A stretch of DNA of 64,000 bases. Source: Syntrophales bacterium (lineage in GTDB: Bacteria > Desulfobacterota > Syntrophia > Syntrophales > UBA2210). The position numbers and the translations under genes are program-made. Location: the NCBI GenBank assembly GCA_963662405.2, contig CAXXKT010000001.1, positions 1,472,001-1,536,000 on the forward strand. Reading direction: 5' to 3'. This document shows positions 20,780 to 30,770 of this stretch, piece after piece. The notes below the pieces were generated by a model. The model saw only the letters and a list, made by a program, of their open reading frames with translations. It ran no database searches and was not told the origin of the DNA. How positions within the stretch are numbered: position 1 is the first letter of the stretch; every line of letters starts with the position of its first letter.

Positions 20780-22411
20780 ATGGACAAGAGGACACTGCTC
20801 GCTGTTGTCCTGTCGTTAGCGTTATTGATGGGATATCAGTATTTTTTCCCGAATGCCCGGCCCTTTACCCCGAAGACTCCTCAGGAAATGGGAGAGGTTC
20901 AGGTCGAAGGACAGACGGTCGATGGCGGCGATCAAACCACACCTGGTATCGCTTCGGGTGTCGAGGAACGGAAATCATTGGTCGCAGGAGAGGCTGACCG
21001 TGGCGAGGGGAAGGATGTCGTTGTAAAGGGGGCACTCTATACGGCGGTCTTCAATTCACGGGGTGCGGGCCTGAAATCATTCAAACTAGAAGGGTACAGC
21101 GAAGAGCTCGAAAAGGATTCGACGCTGGTCGAGATGGTTGATATCGGAGACAGCCAGCGCTACCCGCCGGCTGCAACCTTTCCGGGGGCCAGCATCGATA
21201 TCCCCGCCGATGCCCTTTACGAGACAGGTGTCGAATCGGTCGATTTTACCGATGCCTCGGGTAGTAAGGAACTGGTCTTTTCACGATCATATCCCGGCGC
21301 ACTGCGGGTGGATAAGATTTATACCTTTTACCCTGACAGCTACTCCTTTGATCTTGAGGTCAGGGTGACGAACCTGTCGAACAATACCATCAAACAACAG
21401 GCCCGTCTCGTCTGGAGTCGGTATGCCGACCCAGAGGATAAGGCCAGCAGATACAGCCATGAGGGGCCCATCTCGTATGTCAAGAACAAGGTCGTTTCCG
21501 AGAAGGTCAAAAAGTTGGGGGGCCGGAAATTCAGTGACCCGGATGTGTCGTGGGGGGGATTCGAGACGAAGTACTTCATAGCGGCGTTGATACCGACGCA
21601 GCCGTCTCTCACTCGATTCGTTGTCTCCAAGGATTCCAACAATATAGTCGCCACCGAGCTCGAAGGGCCGAAGACCGTTATCCCGCCCGGTCAGTCGGGT
21701 TCGTTCAGCTATTCCCTGTATCTCGGGCCGAAGGAATACGACCGGCTTAAGGGACAGGGTGTCGGCCTTGAAAATGCCATCGACTTCGGGTCATGGATCA
21801 AGTGGCTTGCCCTGCCTCTCCTCAAGGCCCTGAAATGGATCGTTACGTATGTCCATAACTATGGGGTCGCCATCATTATTCTGACCATACTGGTCAAACT
21901 GATTTTCTGGCCGCTGGGGAATATCAGCTACCGGTCGATGAAGGGGATGCAAAAACTCCAGCCCCAGATGAAAGCGCTTCAGGAGAAATACAAGGACGAC
22001 AAGGCCAAGCTCCAGCAGGAGACGATGGCCCTTTACCGGGCCAACAAGGTCAATCCGATGAGCGGCTGTCTCCCCATGGTGATTCAGCTCCCCGTCTTCT
22101 TCGGTTTATACCGGGCGCTGCTCTACTCGATAGAACTGCGGCACGCCCCGTTCGTCTTCTGGATCCAGGACCTGTCGGCCAAGGACCCGTACTACATCAC
22201 CCCCATCGTTATGGGAGCGACTATGTTCCTCCAGCAGAAGATGACTCCGACGGCCGGAGGAAACGAGATGCAGGCAAAGATGATGTTGTGGATGCCTGTC
22301 ATCTTTACCTTCCTCTTTCTCAATTTCCCCTCGGGGCTGGTTATCTACTGGTTGTTCAATAATATTATCAGTATCGGTCAACAGTACTACATCAATAAGA
22401 AGAGCTCCTGA
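20780..22411 (+). CDS. yidC: Membrane protein insertase
   Basis: N-terminal TM, periplasmic domain, GCLPMVIQLPVF and WIQDLS motifs. Confidence 0.96.
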   Translation: MDKRTLLAVVLSLALLMGYQYFFPNARPFTPKTPQEMGEVQVEGQTVDGGDQTTPGIASGVEERKSLVAGEADRGEGKDVVVKGALYTAVFNSRGAGLKSFKLEGYSEELEKDSTLVEMVDIGDSQRYPPAATFPGASIDIPADALYETGVESVDFTDASGSKELVFSRSYPGALRVDKIYTFYPDSYSFDLEVRVTNLSNNTIKQQARLVWSRYADPEDKASRYSHEGPISYVKNKVVSEKVKKLGGRKFSDPDVSWGGFETKYFIAALIPTQPSLTRFVVSKDSNNIVATELEGPKTVIPPGQSGSFSYSLYLGPKEYDRLKGQGVGLENAIDFGSWIKWLALPLLKALKWIVTYVHNYGVAIIILTILVKLIFWPLGNISYRSMKGMQKLQPQMKALQEKYKDDKAKLQQETMALYRANKVNPMSGCLPMVIQLPVFFGLYRALLYSIELRHAPFVFWIQDLSAKDPYYITPIVMGATMFLQQKMTPTAGGNEMQAKMMLWMPVIFTFLFLNFPSGLVIYWLFNNIISIGQQYYINKKSS

Positions 22412-22426
22412 TATGAGGTAACGGGA

Positions 22427-23158
22427 ATGAAAGACCTACTCGAGATAGAAGGAAAAACGATAGATGAGGCCATTCGCAAGGCCTGTGATGCATTCAATGT
22501 TCCAAGAGAGAAGCTGGGCATAGACATCCTTTCCGAGGGTTCGACGGGTTTTCTGGGAATCCTGGGGGTGAAACCGGCCCGCATCAGGGCCAAGATCCTG
22601 TCGATAGAGATAACCACGGACCGATCACCGGAGGAAGGTGCAGCGACCGTTCCCGTTACCGTCGAACAGGTTCCCGAAGATACCGTTCCTGAGGAAACCG
22701 CCCGTGAGGCACAGACCTTTGTCGAGGGAATTCTTTCTCATATAGGGTTTGATTTTCCTGTCACGGTTGTAGAAAAACGCGAATCCATCATTCTGAATAT
22801 CCAGGGCGATGGGGGTGGCCTTCTCATCGGGCGCGGAGGGCAGACACTCGATGCAATCCAGTACCTGACCAACAAGGCGCTCAACAAGAATGGCAACGGT
22901 GGAAAGCGGATCATTATTGATACGGAGAATTACCGGAAGAAGCGCGAAGAGAGTTTAGTGGCCCTGGCGGAGAAGCTGGGGGAGAAGGCCAAGCGGACAC
23001 GGAAACCCGTGACGGTGAATCCGCTGAACGCGCACGACCGCCGGATCGTACACATGGTGCTCCAAGAAGACAAAGACCTGACCACACGGAGTCGAGGAGA
23101 CGGTATCCTGAGAAAGATCGTTATTGTTCCCAAAAAAGGCGGTAAGGCGAAGTCCTGA
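22427..23158 (+). CDS. jag: Jag/EloR (KhpB) RNA-binding protein (Jag_N, KH, R3H)
   Basis: GKTIDEAI, LIGRGGQTL and DRRIVH motifs; synteny. Confidence 0.92.
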   Translation: MKDLLEIEGKTIDEAIRKACDAFNVPREKLGIDILSEGSTGFLGILGVKPARIRAKILSIEITTDRSPEEGAATVPVTVEQVPEDTVPEETAREAQTFVEGILSHIGFDFPVTVVEKRESIILNIQGDGGGLLIGRGGQTLDAIQYLTNKALNKNGNGGKRIIIDTENYRKKREESLVALAEKLGEKAKRTRKPVTVNPLNAHDRRIVHMVLQEDKDLTTRSRGDGILRKIVIVPKKGGKAKS

Positions 23159-23181
23159 CGCTGGAGGGCACCCGGAACGCC

Positions 23182-24561
23182 ATGGCGGCATACGAAGACA
23201 CAATAGCGGCCATCGCCACGCCACCCGGTGTGGGAGGGATCGGTATTGTGCGGGTGAGCGGGCCGGGCGCCGAAGAGGTTTGTCGGTCACTCTTCAGGTC
23301 GGTTTCTGCTCCCGCGCCTTTGAAGAGTCATCACCTCCATCACGGTCATATCATATCACCCTCCACCGGAGAGGCAATCGACGAGGTACTGGTTGCCCTG
23401 ATGAAGGCGCCCCGTTCCTACACGGGCGAGGATGTTCTCGAGATCAACTGCCATGGGAGTCCCTTGATCCTGCAGATGGTCCTGGACGCCGTTATCAGGG
23501 TGGGAGGGCGGCATGCCGAGCCGGGGGAGTTTACCCGGAGGGCCTATCTCAACGGTCGCATGGACTTGGTGCAGGCGGAAGCGATTATGGATTTAATCGC
23601 CGCACGAACGGATCGGGGCCGGGCCCTTGCCCTTGCCGGTGTCAAGGGTGAATTGTCAGATGCGTTCAGTTCCTTACGCTCCGATCTGATCGACATTCTC
23701 GCCTCGCTTGAATCGGCAATAGACTTCAATGAGCACGATATCTCATCCCATACCGATTCCGTCTCACTTCAGGACCTCGAGGCTGTCATTTCGCGGATCG
23801 ATGGGATCCTTGAGACCTATCAGGAGGGGAAGTTCCTCAGGAATGGCCTGAACGTTGTGATTATGGGGCGGCCTAATGTGGGGAAATCGAGTCTCCTCAA
23901 CCGGCTTCTCGGTGAGCGGCGTGCCATCGTCACCCCCATTCCCGGGACCACCCGGGACTTTATCGAGGAGACGATTTCCATCAAGGGAATCCCGGTCACT
24001 CTCACCGATACGGCAGGGGTCAGGAAAGGTGCGGAGGCGAGTGAAGAGGAGGGGATCGCCTTCACATGGCACAAGGCACTGGCTGCCGACATTGTGATCA
24101 TCCTGATCGACGGGAGTGAACCTTCGACCGAGGCGGATGCTGAAATGATCGCCCGGAATCGGGAAACGTCTTTTATCGTAGTCGTCAATAAATCGGACCT
24201 CCCGCAGCAAGTAACCGATGCCCGACTGGGCGAGTTGTTCCCCGGCGTTGAACCTCTGCGGGTATCGGCAAAATTCGGTCAGGGGATAGCCGATTTAAAG
24301 GAACGCATCCACGTCCTGGCGACAGAGGGAAAGGGCGAGACGGCGGGTGGTGTTATCCTCACCAATCTCCGCCATAAAATCGTTCTTGAGAAAACCGCGG
24401 TGTCCCTCGCATCTGCCCGCGCTAATTTTTCCGACGGTAATATGGAACTGGCGGCATTCGATCTGAAAGAGGCGCTTGATCACTTGGGCGATATTGTCGG
24501 GGAGACGACGGTCGAAGATATCCTCGGCAGGATTTTTTCAACGTTCTGTGTCGGGAAGTAG
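23182..24561 (+). CDS. mnmE: tRNA modification GTPase
   Basis: DTIAAIATP, GRPNVGKS, PGTTRD, DTAG and terminal FCVGK. Confidence 0.96.
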   Translation: MAAYEDTIAAIATPPGVGGIGIVRVSGPGAEEVCRSLFRSVSAPAPLKSHHLHHGHIISPSTGEAIDEVLVALMKAPRSYTGEDVLEINCHGSPLILQMVLDAVIRVGGRHAEPGEFTRRAYLNGRMDLVQAEAIMDLIAARTDRGRALALAGVKGELSDAFSSLRSDLIDILASLESAIDFNEHDISSHTDSVSLQDLEAVISRIDGILETYQEGKFLRNGLNVVIMGRPNVGKSSLLNRLLGERRAIVTPIPGTTRDFIEETISIKGIPVTLTDTAGVRKGAEASEEEGIAFTWHKALAADIVIILIDGSEPSTEADAEMIARNRETSFIVVVNKSDLPQQVTDARLGELFPGVEPLRVSAKFGQGIADLKERIHVLATEGKGETAGGVILTNLRHKIVLEKTAVSLASARANFSDGNMELAAFDLKEALDHLGDIVGETTVEDILGRIFSTFCVGK

Positions 24562-24646
24562 GGTATGTGCTATCATCGTGACCCGGTTGAGGAACGATGA
24601 TCAGAGATAGATGCGGTTCTCTTACCGAGATAAAGGAGTGCTAGCA

Positions 24647-25054
24647 GTGAAGATACAAATATTGGTTGCCGGGTACGTGTTCGTCGCGCGAGTCGAGGAG
24701 GATGCTCCGCGAACATGGACGGAATTCCATAAGCTCCTGCCGTACCGGCAGAAACTCATCCATGCCCGTTGGAGCGGAGAAGCCTGCTGGATTCCCTTGG
24801 GAGACTTCAAGCTTGATGTCGAGATCGAAAATGCCACAAGCTATCCCGCCCCCGGAGAAATCCTCTTCTATCCCGGTGGATTCAGTGAAACGGAGATTCT
24901 CCTGCCCTATGGGTCAACCTGTTTTGCCAGCAAGCTGGGGCAGCTTGCCGGAAACCATTTCCTGACCATCATCCAGGGGCAGGAGCATCTGAAGAGTCTG
25001 GGAAGGAACATCCTCTGGGAGGGCGCCCAGGACATCATCTTTGAAGAGCTCTGA
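24647..25054 (+). CDS. DUF3830-like cyclophilin-fold protein
   Basis: IHARWSGEACWIP, ENATSYPAPG and LAGNHF; GTG after RBS AAGGAG (track start 24611). Confidence 0.75.
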   Translation: MKIQILVAGYVFVARVEEDAPRTWTEFHKLLPYRQKLIHARWSGEACWIPLGDFKLDVEIENATSYPAPGEILFYPGGFSETEILLPYGSTCFASKLGQLAGNHFLTIIQGQEHLKSLGRNILWEGAQDIIFEEL

Positions 25055-25924
25055 TGTGTCCTCGAAAGACTGTATCGTATGGACGCATTTGATGGGCGGT
25101 ACTGAGAGGTATGATAAAAGAGAGATAGGCAATCATGAAAGCGTATCTCCACGAGGCCCTCTCTCCGGCAGTCCGGTCTTATCTCCGTCTATTACTGATA
25201 TATCGCGCAAGAGGTCCTCTCGTTCAATGGGCGAGAAGTCTTATGTTGGGCAGGAGTGGGGGTTGTAGACGATTCCTGCCGTGCTGCGAGCAGCTGTTTG
25301 TCCATCAGAGTTCCGGGCTATCTCACTTCCTTGAAGAGCAGACTGGAGAAGACAGGGCGCCCGGCCAATACCGCTGAACCGATGACGGATGAAACAGAAC
25401 AAACGGAAGTGCGCCGGTTTCCGGACCCCAAATACCCCTCCGTGCAAATCGGCTTTTCGCTCCGCCGTAAAAATGCACCAGTAAAACTCATTCAAGAAAA
25501 ACCCGACCTGCCGGGATGATACCCACCTTTCGGAATCTGAGAATATTTCGGATGCCGGACCCGCATTGATTCAGAAGCGAAATTTAATCCGAACCTATTG
25601 ATCTCATACTGATTTTCGATAGGGGCTTGACACGGAGAGATGTTTCGTATTAGAATATTTCCAACTGAAACATGTTTTGTAAGGTAAAGACCGGTCTGAG
25701 AAAATTGAGGAGTGGCCGTGCCTGTGTCACGACCGAGAGAGGATGACACCCGTTGGTCTTGAGGGCCTGTTTCTTCAACGGCGTAACGGGTGACCGTTTT
25801 AAATATTCCCCCGGATGATATATCGCCGCGGTTACATCCCAATAAATTTCGTTTCGCCGAGGAGCATTGAAGCGGCGGGGGCGATTGGTATCGAGAGGAA
25901 TGCAATGATCAGGGGAAATTCTGG

Positions 25925-26470
25925 ATGAACAGTTATGAAAAGAACATGGAAGACTTTTCGTTTCGAGAACCAGTGCTTGGTGACGGTGCGGCTATCTATG
26001 AACTCGTGAAGCGTTCTCCCCCTCTCGATCTGAATTCGCGTTACTGTTATCTGCTTTTGGGCGATCACTTCAGCAAAACCTGTATCGTCGCAGAGCACCG
26101 GTCGGATATCGTGGGGTTCATTTCGGCATACCCCCATCCAAAGAAACAGGACACCCTGTTTGTGTGGCAGGTAGTCGTGGACAAACAGATGCGAGGACGA
26201 AGGCTTGCGGGAGATATGTTGGAGCGTCTCCTTGCACGGGGTGACCCCTCGCGAGTTTCCTTTATAGAAACGACGGTTACACCGTCGAACCGGTCGTCAT
26301 TGCGTTTTTTCCAGACATTCGCGGACGCGAAGGGGGCCGGGTGTCGCCGCGTATCGTATCTCACCGAGGACCTCTTCGGGGAGGGCACGCATGAAGAAGA
26401 GGTCCTGCTCAGTATCGGACCCCTGGATCGAGCACACAGCATACATACACCAGTTAAGGAGAGAAAATGA
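25925..26470 (+). CDS. ectA: L-2,4-diaminobutyrate acetyltransferase
   Basis: PPLDLNSRYCY, TLFVWQV and ETTVTPSN; operon order. Confidence 0.93.
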   Translation: MNSYEKNMEDFSFREPVLGDGAAIYELVKRSPPLDLNSRYCYLLLGDHFSKTCIVAEHRSDIVGFISAYPHPKKQDTLFVWQVVVDKQMRGRRLAGDMLERLLARGDPSRVSFIETTVTPSNRSSLRFFQTFADAKGAGCRRVSYLTEDLFGEGTHEEEVLLSIGPLDRAHSIHTPVKERK

Positions 26471-27753
26471 GAATCTTTGAACAGATCGAATCCCAGGTGC
26501 GGAGTTATGTCCGTCATTTTCCCACGGTATTTGCCAGCGCTAAGTGGTCCACCCTCTGTGATGAGCAGGGAAAAGAATATATCGACTTTTTCGCCGGTGC
26601 CGGGACGATCAATTACGGTCATAACAACCCCGTTGTCAGTGATGCCCTGATCGACTATATCAAGGGTGACGGCATTGTTCATGGTCTCGACAAAGCCACA
26701 ACGGCAAAAAAGCAATTTCTTGAAAAGCTGTATTATACCATTTTGCAACCCCGTCACCTTGAATACAAGGTCCAATTCTGCGGACCGACGGGGACCAACG
26801 CCGTGGAGACGGCACTGAAGATCGTGCGTATGGTGAAGGGACGCTCCAACGTCATCTCATTTACGAACGGATTTCACGGTCTCACCATGGGGGCCATGGC
26901 TATCACGGGAAACGCCTTCTACCGGGACGAGGCCTTCATAAACCGGGCAAACGTTACCTTTATGCCCTATGACGGCTATTTCGGGAATGGTACCGATACG
27001 GCCCTCTATCTGCGGAAATTTCTCGAAGACACGAGCAGCGGCGTCGATCTCCCCGCGGCCGTGATCCTGGAAACGGTCCAGGCTGAGGGGGGGGTCAACG
27101 TGGCGAGTTTCCAGTGGCTCAAGGATGTAGAACAGGTCTGCCGGGATTTCGATATCCTCCTTGTCGTGGACGACATCCAGGTGGGGAACGGTCGAACGGG
27201 GACGTTCTTCAGCTTCGAAGAGGCGGGAATCAATCCCGATATCGTCATCCTGTCAAAATCGATCGGCGGTGGGCTTCCACTGTCGCTGGTCCTGATGAAA
27301 CCGGAACTCGACCAATGGAAGCCGGGGGAACATACGGGGACCTTCCGGGGAAACAACCTGGCCTTTGTCGCCTCGACGCAATTACTGAGTTATTGGGATA
27401 ATGGAGATTTTCCCGATGCCATCCGCTATCGCGAGGGAATCCTCAAGGAAAGACTGGGGCAGATCACGGAAAAATACGCGGAACTTGGAGTCGAGATGCG
27501 GGGTCGGGGGCTCATCTACGGCCTGTACTTCCCCCAGCAGGGATTCAGCGGGAACGTCACGGCGGAGGCCTTTGAGCGGGGCCTGGTGATCGAACGTGCC
27601 GGGGCGAAGAACGACGTGATCAAATTTCTTCCCCCTCTGGTCATCGAAGAGGAGTTACTCCGTCAGGGTCTGGAGATCATCGATGAGTCGATTGCCGCCT
27701 GCCTCGACAAGAAGGAAGATATGATAAAAGGGGCCTTTTGCAATGATAATTAA
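26467..27753 (+). CDS. ectB: Diaminobutyrate--2-oxoglutarate transaminase
   Basis: ESQVRSY, GPTGTNAVE, PLP lysine in LSKSIGG, and WKPGEH. Confidence 0.95.
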   Translation: MRIFEQIESQVRSYVRHFPTVFASAKWSTLCDEQGKEYIDFFAGAGTINYGHNNPVVSDALIDYIKGDGIVHGLDKATTAKKQFLEKLYYTILQPRHLEYKVQFCGPTGTNAVETALKIVRMVKGRSNVISFTNGFHGLTMGAMAITGNAFYRDEAFINRANVTFMPYDGYFGNGTDTALYLRKFLEDTSSGVDLPAAVILETVQAEGGVNVASFQWLKDVEQVCRDFDILLVVDDIQVGNGRTGTFFSFEEAGINPDIVILSKSIGGGLPLSLVLMKPELDQWKPGEHTGTFRGNNLAFVASTQLLSYWDNGDFPDAIRYREGILKERLGQITEKYAELGVEMRGRGLIYGLYFPQQGFSGNVTAEAFERGLVIERAGAKNDVIKFLPPLVIEEELLRQGLEIIDESIAACLDKKEDMIKGAFCNDN

Positions 27754-28141
27754 GAAGATCAAAGAGATAGAGGGCACTGACCAGGAGGTCTTCGCCGAAA
27801 GCGGAAACTGGGTGAGTCGGCGGCTCCTGCTGAAAAAGGATGGGATGGGTTTTTCCTTCAATGAGACGATTATCTTTGCCAACACGGAAACCCCCATCTG
27901 GTACAAAAACCACCTTGAGGCCGTTTACTGCATTGAGGGAGAAGGGGAAGTTGAACTGGTTGAGACCGGTGAGATTATTCCCATCGCCCCGGGGACACTC
28001 TACGCGCTGGATCAGCATGATCACCATCTCCTGCGGGCCCGCGATCGTGACATGCGGCTCATGTGTGTCTTCACCCCACCGCTGGTGGGGCGCGAGGTGC
28101 ACCAAGCGGATGGTTCCTATGCCCTGCCGGACGATAACTGA
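27743..28141 (+). CDS. ectC: L-ectoine synthase
   Basis: SRRLLLKKDGMGFS, WYKNHLEAVYCIEG and HDHHLLRA. Confidence 0.95.
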   Translation: MIIKKIKEIEGTDQEVFAESGNWVSRRLLLKKDGMGFSFNETIIFANTETPIWYKNHLEAVYCIEGEGEVELVETGEIIPIAPGTLYALDQHDHHLLRARDRDMRLMCVFTPPLVGREVHQADGSYALPDDN

Positions 28142-28802
28142 TATCGATGTTCGGTGCTTGCGTGTTATCCCATCTTCTCTGATCCTGCGGGATTGAGGAT
28201 GGCCGGAAAGAGAAAATGTAAACCGGACACAACGCTGCGGCCGGTCACGCTGGTTGATACCCATGCCAGGGCGGAGGGATGCCCCTTCGCTTTTCTGCCC
28301 GTGCCCGAGGGATGTCCCCCTTTTTGAAACCGGATAAGCCGATCTCTGCTGCGGGGAGGATCCCCGGACAATGTGATAACGGTCCGGTCCATGGTTTGTC
28401 CATCTGTCGCCGGGTACTTCTGTCTCGGAACGGATGGACACTGCAATACCCTCCGCGGAGGTCCTCTTTCCTGATGGTTTTCTTTGTGCGCGGGGAAACA
28501 ACCTTTACACGGATCGATATGTGTGGTAGGCAAACAGCACCGCAGACTTTCGAGTGAGAGACCGGATTTTCAAAGCCAGATTCATCATATTCTTCATCAT
28601 GAGGGTGTCCCGGTCCTGATATCACAAAGCGGTCATGATTAAGAAACCCTGAAAAACGTATGACGCTGTAGCTTTCCCTGAAGTTCGAGGCAGTATATGC
28701 CCGGATGACTGATGCGGAGGGGTATCTGCATTGCGGAAAGATGGGGAAACGGTCATAAAGACATGTAGTCTTTACCTGATTATATACACGTGGTGGTGAA
28801 GA

Positions 28803-30725
28803 ATGCCTCATCGAAATGCAATCCGCTCCCTCGACATCTTAGATCATATCGCGACTTCATACCTCGAACTGGATCTGAAGGGATACTACCTCTTTGTCAA
28901 TGACAATTTGTGCAAAGACCTGGGGTACAGCCGCGATGAAATCGTGGGCGAGCACTTCAGTCGGTTTGTCGTCCCCGAAGAAATTGACAAACAGTATAAG
29001 CTCTTCGGTAAGATCTATCGCACCGGCAAACCGGAGACCCTGCCCACTTCCAAAGTGGTAAAAAAAGACGGGACGGTCATCTATATAGAGCATTCCGCAA
29101 ACGTTATGAGGGATCGGTCGGGTCAAATCATCGGATTCTGCGGCGTGGCGCGCGATATTTCGGAGAGGATCAGGGCAGAAGAGACCCTGAAAAAAAGCGA
29201 GGAAAAATATCGCACCATCCTTGAGTCCATGAAGGAGATGTATGTCGAATATGATCTGAAGGGACTGGTCACCTTTGTGAACGAGGCGTCATGCGCGCTG
29301 ACGGGCTATGATCGTGAAGAACTGCTGGGGATGCATTACAGCGCTTTTTTCACCGCTGAGGATGCCCTGCGGATGAAAGAGGCCTATTCGGAGATATATC
29401 AGACTGGACACCCGGAATCCATGATCGATGCCGATGTCATTTCGCGAAACGGCGCCGTCAGGAATTACCAGGCCGATATCGTACTTCGCCGTGATGCATC
29501 CGGAACGCCAATCGGCTTTCGCACGCTGGCCCGGGATGTGACGGATTATAAAAGGGCGGAAGAAGAAAAGGCCCATGTTGAGAAACAGTTGTACCAGGCG
29601 CAGAAGATGGAGTCCGTCGGCCGGCTTGCGGGGGGAATAGCCCACGATTTCAATAATATGCTTACTGTTATCCTTGGGCATGCCGAACTGATTAAATCGC
29701 GCCTGCCCCAGGATGACCCCCTCTTTGTTGAGATGTCGGAGATAGAAAAGGCAGCGGGCCAGTCGCGGGATATCACGCGCCAGCTCCTCGCTTTTTCACG
29801 AAAAGAGATCATTATACCGGAACCTGTCGACCTGAATGTCCTGGTTGAGAACATCCAGAAAACACTCCTCAGACTGATCGGCGAAGACATAGATCTGAAA
29901 TTTTATCCTGGCACACAGCTGTGGACCATTAAGGTGGATCCGTCTCAGATGCAGCAGATCCTTATGAACTTTTCGATCAACGCCCGTGACGCCATGCCGG
30001 ACGGCGGTAAACTGACCATAGAGACGGAGAACATTCACCTCGATGAGGCGTACTGCAAGACATACCCGGATTTTTCCCCCGGTGACTATGTCCTGCTGGG
30101 GGTGAGCGATGACGGCGTGGGTATGGATCGGGAGACCATGAATCACCTCTTCGAACCCTTTTTCACCACCAAGGAGAGGGGGCGGGGGACTGGACTCGGG
30201 CTTGCCACCGTATACGGCATCGTCAAACAGAACGAGGGCTTGATCAATGTCTACAGTGAGCCGGGAAACGGAACGACCTTTAAGATCTATCTTCCTCGGA
30301 ACAGGGAGGGAACCGTCCGGGTCGATGATATGCAAGAAGCGAGACCGGAACATGATACGGGGACCGTCTTGCTGGTAGAGGATAACGACATGGTACGCGT
30401 CATGACGACCGAGATGCTCGAGGCCATCGGGTATACGGTTGTTGCGATATCCTCACCGAGGGAGGCCCTCACCTGTTTCGATAGTGAGGATTTCGCCGTG
30501 GATCTGGTGATCACCGATGTAGTGATGCCTCAGATGAACGGCAGAGAGCTGGGAGAGCGAATTACCGCATTGCGCCCCGGGACCCGCGTTCTCTTCGTGT
30601 CGGGATACACCACCAACGTCATCGTCCACCGGGGGGTTCTTGCCGATGGGGTACATTTTCTCCACAAGCCGTTCAGTATGAGCGATCTGGCACGCAAAGT
30701 CCGGGAAGCCTTGGGAAGGCGTTGA
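28803..30725 (+). CDS. Cytoplasmic hybrid histidine kinase (PAS-PAS-HisKA-HATPase-REC)
   Basis: Two PAS/PAC repeats; GGIAHDFNN; NARDAM; receiver TDVVMP. Confidence 0.92.
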   Translation: MPHRNAIRSLDILDHIATSYLELDLKGYYLFVNDNLCKDLGYSRDEIVGEHFSRFVVPEEIDKQYKLFGKIYRTGKPETLPTSKVVKKDGTVIYIEHSANVMRDRSGQIIGFCGVARDISERIRAEETLKKSEEKYRTILESMKEMYVEYDLKGLVTFVNEASCALTGYDREELLGMHYSAFFTAEDALRMKEAYSEIYQTGHPESMIDADVISRNGAVRNYQADIVLRRDASGTPIGFRTLARDVTDYKRAEEEKAHVEKQLYQAQKMESVGRLAGGIAHDFNNMLTVILGHAELIKSRLPQDDPLFVEMSEIEKAAGQSRDITRQLLAFSRKEIIIPEPVDLNVLVENIQKTLLRLIGEDIDLKFYPGTQLWTIKVDPSQMQQILMNFSINARDAMPDGGKLTIETENIHLDEAYCKTYPDFSPGDYVLLGVSDDGVGMDRETMNHLFEPFFTTKERGRGTGLGLATVYGIVKQNEGLINVYSEPGNGTTFKIYLPRNREGTVRVDDMQEARPEHDTGTVLLVEDNDMVRVMTTEMLEAIGYTVVAISSPREALTCFDSEDFAVDLVITDVVMPQMNGRELGERITALRPGTRVLFVSGYTTNVIVHRGVLADGVHFLHKPFSMSDLARKVREALGRR

Positions 30726-30770
30726 TCCCTTTTGTTCGTCAAGGACGAAAACAGGTCCCGGGTAACATTT

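Noticed and set aside
25055..25924. Short ORFs between the DUF3830 gene and ectA
   Set aside because: Overlapping, no recognisable motifs; cannot be supported without homology data
28142..28802. Short ORFs between ectC and the hybrid kinase
   Set aside because: No recognisable domains, and the candidate frames conflict
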